Source: an uncultured Rikenella sp.
Lineage (GTDB): Bacteria > Bacteroidota > Bacteroidia > Bacteroidales > Rikenellaceae
NCBI GenBank assembly: GCA_964486945.1
Contig: CAZAPI010000001.1
Coordinates: forward strand, 1-40,782
Length of the DNA stretch: 40,782 bases
Reading direction: 5' to 3'
Shown here: one piece after another, positions 37,509 through 40,782 of the stretch
Layout of the letters: each line of letters begins with the position of its first letter
Position numbering within the stretch: position 1 is the stretch's first letter
Position numbers and translations under genes: made by a program
The notes under the pieces: model-generated
Database searches by the model: none
What the model was told of the DNA's origin: nothing
Seen by the model: only the letters and a program-made list of their open reading frames with translations

Positions 37509-38346
37509 AACTGTTCAGGTGTCTGGTCAAACAAATGAAAGGCGGGTTTTCGAGCGATTCCTCGTTGTACCGCAAAGGTTCGCCGCCGAGCGACACCACC
37601 CGCACTCCGGCTCCGCAGGCGATGGCTTCACCGGCCGCCGTGTCCCACTCCGAAGTCGGCGTCGTCCGCAGGTAGCAGTCCACCGACCCTTCCGCCACCA
37701 GGCACATCTTCAGCGAGCTGCCGTACTCCACGATCTGCACGTCGCCGATCTGTTCCTGCAGCTGGCGCAGATGCTCACGCACCTGCTCCGACTCGTGCGA
37801 ACGGCTCAGGGCCACCCTCAGCGGCATGTTCCGCTCCGGCACCACCGGCAGCTTCCGCACATCCGCAAAAATGCGGCTGATCGAGAAGTCCGCCGACATC
37901 TCCGGCTTCACGCCCGTTTTGCAGAACGAGCCGCGGTCCGGATCGCTGAAATAAATGGTCTCGGTGGTCGGGATATAGATCACTCCCAGATAAGGCCGGT
38001 TGTCCACCATCAAGGCGATATTCACCGTAAATTCTCCGTTGCGTTTGATGAACTCCTCGGTGCCGTCCAGCGGGTCGACCAGCCAGAAGAGGTCCCATCC
38101 CCGCCGCTCCTCGAAATAGAGGTCGCGCCCCTCTTCCGACAGCAAGGGGATGCGCGTCGCGCTCAGGTAGTGCTTGATCAGCGTGTGCGCCTCCCGGTCG
38201 GCGATAGTGATCGGTGTGCTGTCGGCCTTGAGGCTGACGAAAAAGTCGTCGTAGCGGGTGTATATCTCCATGATCTTGGCTCCGGCCCGAACGGCTGCGT
38301 TGTAAGCCTCCGCCAGGAAAAAGTCGGTCTGCTCTCTCTCTATCAT
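37492..38346 (-). CDS. cysQ: 3'(2'),5'-bisphosphate nucleotidase
   Basis: KADSTPITIAD, LSEEG, WLVDPLDGTEEF, GEFTVNIAL, SRSH, GSSLKMC, EWDTAAG. Confidence 0.93.
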   Translation of the reverse strand: MIEREQTDFFLAEAYNAAVRAGAKIMEIYTRYDDFFVSLKADSTPITIADREAHTLIKHYLSATRIPLLSEEGRDLYFEERRGWDLFWLVDPLDGTEEFIKRNGEFTVNIALMVDNRPYLGVIYIPTTETIYFSDPDRGSFCKTGVKPEMSADFSISRIFADVRKLPVVPERNMPLRVALSRSHESEQVREHLRQLQEQIGDVQIVEYGSSLKMCLVAEGSVDCYLRTTPTSEWDTAAGEAIACGAGVRVVSLGGEPLRYNEESLENPPFICLTRHLNSYEWQQ

Positions 38347-38365
38347 AATTTCGGCATTAATAAGG

Positions 38366-38373
38366 CAAAGTTA
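38366..38373 (-). promoter_or_regulatory. -7 box (TAACTTTG) for cysQ-speB
   Basis: Exact TAnnTTTG+C, 19 nt upstream of the cysQ ATG. Confidence 0.65.
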
Positions 38374-38461
38374 CGGATTTACAGCCATATTTCCGAGAGG
38401 CGGACAGCTGGGCCGCCCTCCGGAACACAAAACAGCCAGAGCAAAAAGCATACAATTCGGT

Positions 38462-39568
38462 CTATTTCGGTGCCTTCCGGTAGAGATAGATCCCGATCAC
38501 GGCATAGACGATATTCGGCAGCCAAACGGCCACCACCGGCGGCATCACCCCGCCCTTGGCGAACTCGCCGGCAAAGCGCATCAGCACGATGTAGGTGAAG
38601 CAGAGCGCGATCCCCACCCCGATATGCAGCCCCGTCCCGCCGCGCACTTTGCGCGAGGAGAGCGACACCCCGATCAGGGTCAGGATGAAAGTCGAGATCG
38701 GATAGGCCCATCGCGAGTAGGCTTCGACCTGGAAGATCGGCACCATGTCCGACCCTTTGGCCTTCTGCTGGCGGATAAAATGGAGCAGTTTCAACGAGTT
38801 CATGGTCTGCACCAGATCCTGCGTGCGGCCCAATTCGTCCGCCGAGAGGTTCACTACCGTATCCAGCGGCGTGTTGTATTTGGTCAGTATCTCGCGTTCC
38901 CCTTCATAGTGGCGCGTAAAGTACTTGGACAACCGCCAGTGCCCCGTCACCGTGTCGTAGCGCGCATTCTGCGCCTCCAGCGTGCTGACGATGTTCCCCC
39001 CGTCGTACGTCTCGATGGCGAAATACTCGGCCACCTTGCTCTGCCCCTGGAAGCCCCGGATGTAGACGAACGTTCCCGGCTCAAGCTGGCGGTAGATATG
39101 CGATTCGTAGACCGATTTGTGTTTGCCCATGTATTTCGCCTCGAACGCCAGCCGTTTGGCATTGGCCTCCGGGATCAGGAACAGGTTCAGGCTCAGGCTC
39201 AGGATGGTGATGAGCATGGCCGAGACGAAGTAGGGCCACATCAGCCGCCGGAAGCTGACCCCGCTCGACAGGATGGCGATGATCTCGGTGTCGTAGGCCA
39301 TCTTGGAGGTGAAGAAAATCACCGCGATAAAGGTGAACAGCCCGCTGAACTGGTTGACGAAATAGGGGATGAAATTGACGTAATAGCCCAGCACGATCTC
39401 CGAGATCGGCGCGTGGCTTTCGAGGAAGTCGTCGATTTTCTCCGCCGCGTCGAAGATCACCACGATCAGGATGATCAGTGCGATGGCGAACAGGTAGGTT
39501 CCCAGGAACCGGCGCATGATGTACCGGTCGATAATTTGCAGTTTGAGGCTTTTCAGGAATTTCTTCAT
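38462..39568 (-). CDS. LptF/LptG family LPS export permease
   Basis: IIDRYI, EIIAILSSGVSFRRL, three TM + periplasmic domain + three TM, WLPN; follows tgt. Confidence 0.9.
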   Translation of the reverse strand: MKKFLKSLKLQIIDRYIMRRFLGTYLFAIALIILIVVIFDAAEKIDDFLESHAPISEIVLGYYVNFIPYFVNQFSGLFTFIAVIFFTSKMAYDTEIIAILSSGVSFRRLMWPYFVSAMLITILSLSLNLFLIPEANAKRLAFEAKYMGKHKSVYESHIYRQLEPGTFVYIRGFQGQSKVAEYFAIETYDGGNIVSTLEAQNARYDTVTGHWRLSKYFTRHYEGEREILTKYNTPLDTVVNLSADELGRTQDLVQTMNSLKLLHFIRQQKAKGSDMVPIFQVEAYSRWAYPISTFILTLIGVSLSSRKVRGGTGLHIGVGIALCFTYIVLMRFAGEFAKGGVMPPVVAVWLPNIVYAVIGIYLYRKAPK

Positions 39569-39580
39569 CGTATCTCTCCG

Positions 39581-40711
39581 TTACAGCCTACGGCCCAGTT
39601 TTCCGACCATTTCGGTTTTCCAAGCTGCGAAATCCCCCGCCACGATATGCTCCCGTGCCTGCCCCACCAGCCACAGGTAGAAACCTAAGTTATGCAGCGA
39701 CGCGATCTGCGCCGCCATCATCTCGCCCGCCACCGTCAGGTGCCTCAGGTACGCTTTGGTGTACTGCGTGTCCACGAAGGTGTGCCCCATCGGGTCGATC
39801 GGCGAGAAATCCTCCGCCCACTTCCGGTTCCGGATATTGACGATCCCCTCGCTCGTGAAAAGCATCCCGTTGCGCCCGTTGCGCGTAGGCATCACGCAGT
39901 CGAACATGTCCACCCCCCGCTCTATGGCTTCGAGTATATTGATCGGCGTGCCCACTCCCATCAGATACCTCGGCCGGTCGGCCGGCAGCACTTCGTTCAC
40001 TACTTCGATCATCTCGTACATCACCGGTGCCGGTTCCCCCACCGCCAAGCCTCCGATCGCATAGCCATCCGCGTCGAACCGCTGCACGAACTCCGCCGAC
40101 TTGCGCCGCAGTTCCGGGTACGTACATCCCTGCACGATCGGGAACAGCGACTGATGGTATCCATACGGGCACTCCGTCTTGCCGTATTGCGCAAAACACC
40201 GTTCCAGCCACCGCGAAGTCCTCTCCCACGACTTGGCCGCATAGCCGTATTCCGCCGTCCCCGGCGGGCACTCGTCGAAAGCCATCATAATATCGGCCCC
40301 GATCAGGCGCTGTGTGTCGATCACGTTCTCCGGCGTAAACAGGTGGCGCGAGCCGTCGATATGCGACTGGAATTTGCACCCCTCCTCCGTCAGCTTGCGG
40401 ATGCCGGTCAGCGAGAAGACCTGGAAGCCGCCGCTATCCGTCAGAATCGGCCGGTCCCAGCCTGCGAATCGATGGAGTCCGCCTGCCTTATATAAGGTGT
40501 CGGTACCGGGCCGCAAATAGAGGTGATAAGTATTTCCCAGAATAATCTGTGCCCCCACTTCGTCCGCCAGGTCGCGGTGGAACACGCCTTTGACGCTGCC
40601 AACGGTGCCGACGGGCATAAAGATGGGGGTACGTATCTCGCCATGGTCGGTACGCAAAGTGCCCGCCCGGGCCGAGGTGTTAGGGTCGGTATGTTCGAGG
40701 GTGAATAGCAT
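39581..40711 (-). CDS. tgt: tRNA-guanine transglycosylase
   Basis: TPIFMPVGT, NTYHLYLRPG, LTDSGGFQV, AFDEC, IGGLAVGE, RYLMGVG, DMFDCVMPTR. Start at ATG 40711. Confidence 0.97.
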   Translation of the reverse strand: MLFTLEHTDPNTSARAGTLRTDHGEIRTPIFMPVGTVGSVKGVFHRDLADEVGAQIILGNTYHLYLRPGTDTLYKAGGLHRFAGWDRPILTDSGGFQVFSLTGIRKLTEEGCKFQSHIDGSRHLFTPENVIDTQRLIGADIMMAFDECPPGTAEYGYAAKSWERTSRWLERCFAQYGKTECPYGYHQSLFPIVQGCTYPELRRKSAEFVQRFDADGYAIGGLAVGEPAPVMYEMIEVVNEVLPADRPRYLMGVGTPINILEAIERGVDMFDCVMPTRNGRNGMLFTSEGIVNIRNRKWAEDFSPIDPMGHTFVDTQYTKAYLRHLTVAGEMMAAQIASLHNLGFYLWLVGQAREHIVAGDFAAWKTEMVGKLGRRL

Positions 40712-40729
40712 CTTCGGTAAATAAAAACG

Positions 40730-40737
40730 CAAATTTA
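40730..40737 (-). promoter_or_regulatory. -7 box (TAAATTTG) for tgt-lptF/G
   Basis: Exact TAnnTTTG+CG, 18 nt upstream of the tgt ATG. Confidence 0.65.
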
Positions 40738-40782
40738 GGGCTTTTATTCTTAGCCGGGATAGTTTAAAAATCTTTTAAGATT

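Noticed and set aside
1-40782. CRISPR arrays, tRNA/rRNA genes, IS transposases, prophage or defence genes
   Set aside because: No spaced direct repeats, cloverleaf motifs or corresponding protein motifs seen anywhere in the window.

Overview
Core-genome (housekeeping) window from a high-GC Bacteroidota chromosome, most plausibly Rikenellaceae (Alistipes/Rikenella-like). This is inferred from repeated TAnnTTTG -7 promoter boxes, A-rich SD-less start regions, a near-invariant DUF2795 protein and Bacteroidales gene orders. Gene order: pyk-aroQ / xerD-ilvD-ilvB-ilvN-ilvC / recQ / rpe-ABC-F-rlmB / uppS-bamA-skp / murI-ftsK-lolA / yajC-DUF1573-nusB / DUF2795-pduO-(ABC ATPase pseudogene)-small methyltransferase-like ORF-HI0933 flavoprotein-cutC-M23 peptidase-recX-prmC / ribD / cation:H+ antiporter-agmatinase-cysQ / lptF/G-tgt. 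I see no tRNA, rRNA, CRISPR array, prophage or intact transposase, and I cannot support a new multi-gene defence or mobile system. The most interesting signals are small and missing from the ORF track: (1) a probable Leu/Ile/Val ribosome-mediated attenuator in front of ilvD, whose 19-codon leader starts inside the 3' end of xerD; (2) two back-to-back -7 boxes in the 30-bp prmC/ribD gap, implying divergent near-leaderless mRNAs; (3) a frameshifted DUF1643-like relic after ilvC; (4) a hairpin-rich ilvB-ilvN spacer with a perfect antisense -7 box; (5) a decayed ABC ATPase gene next to an apparently core-less methyltransferase-like protein.
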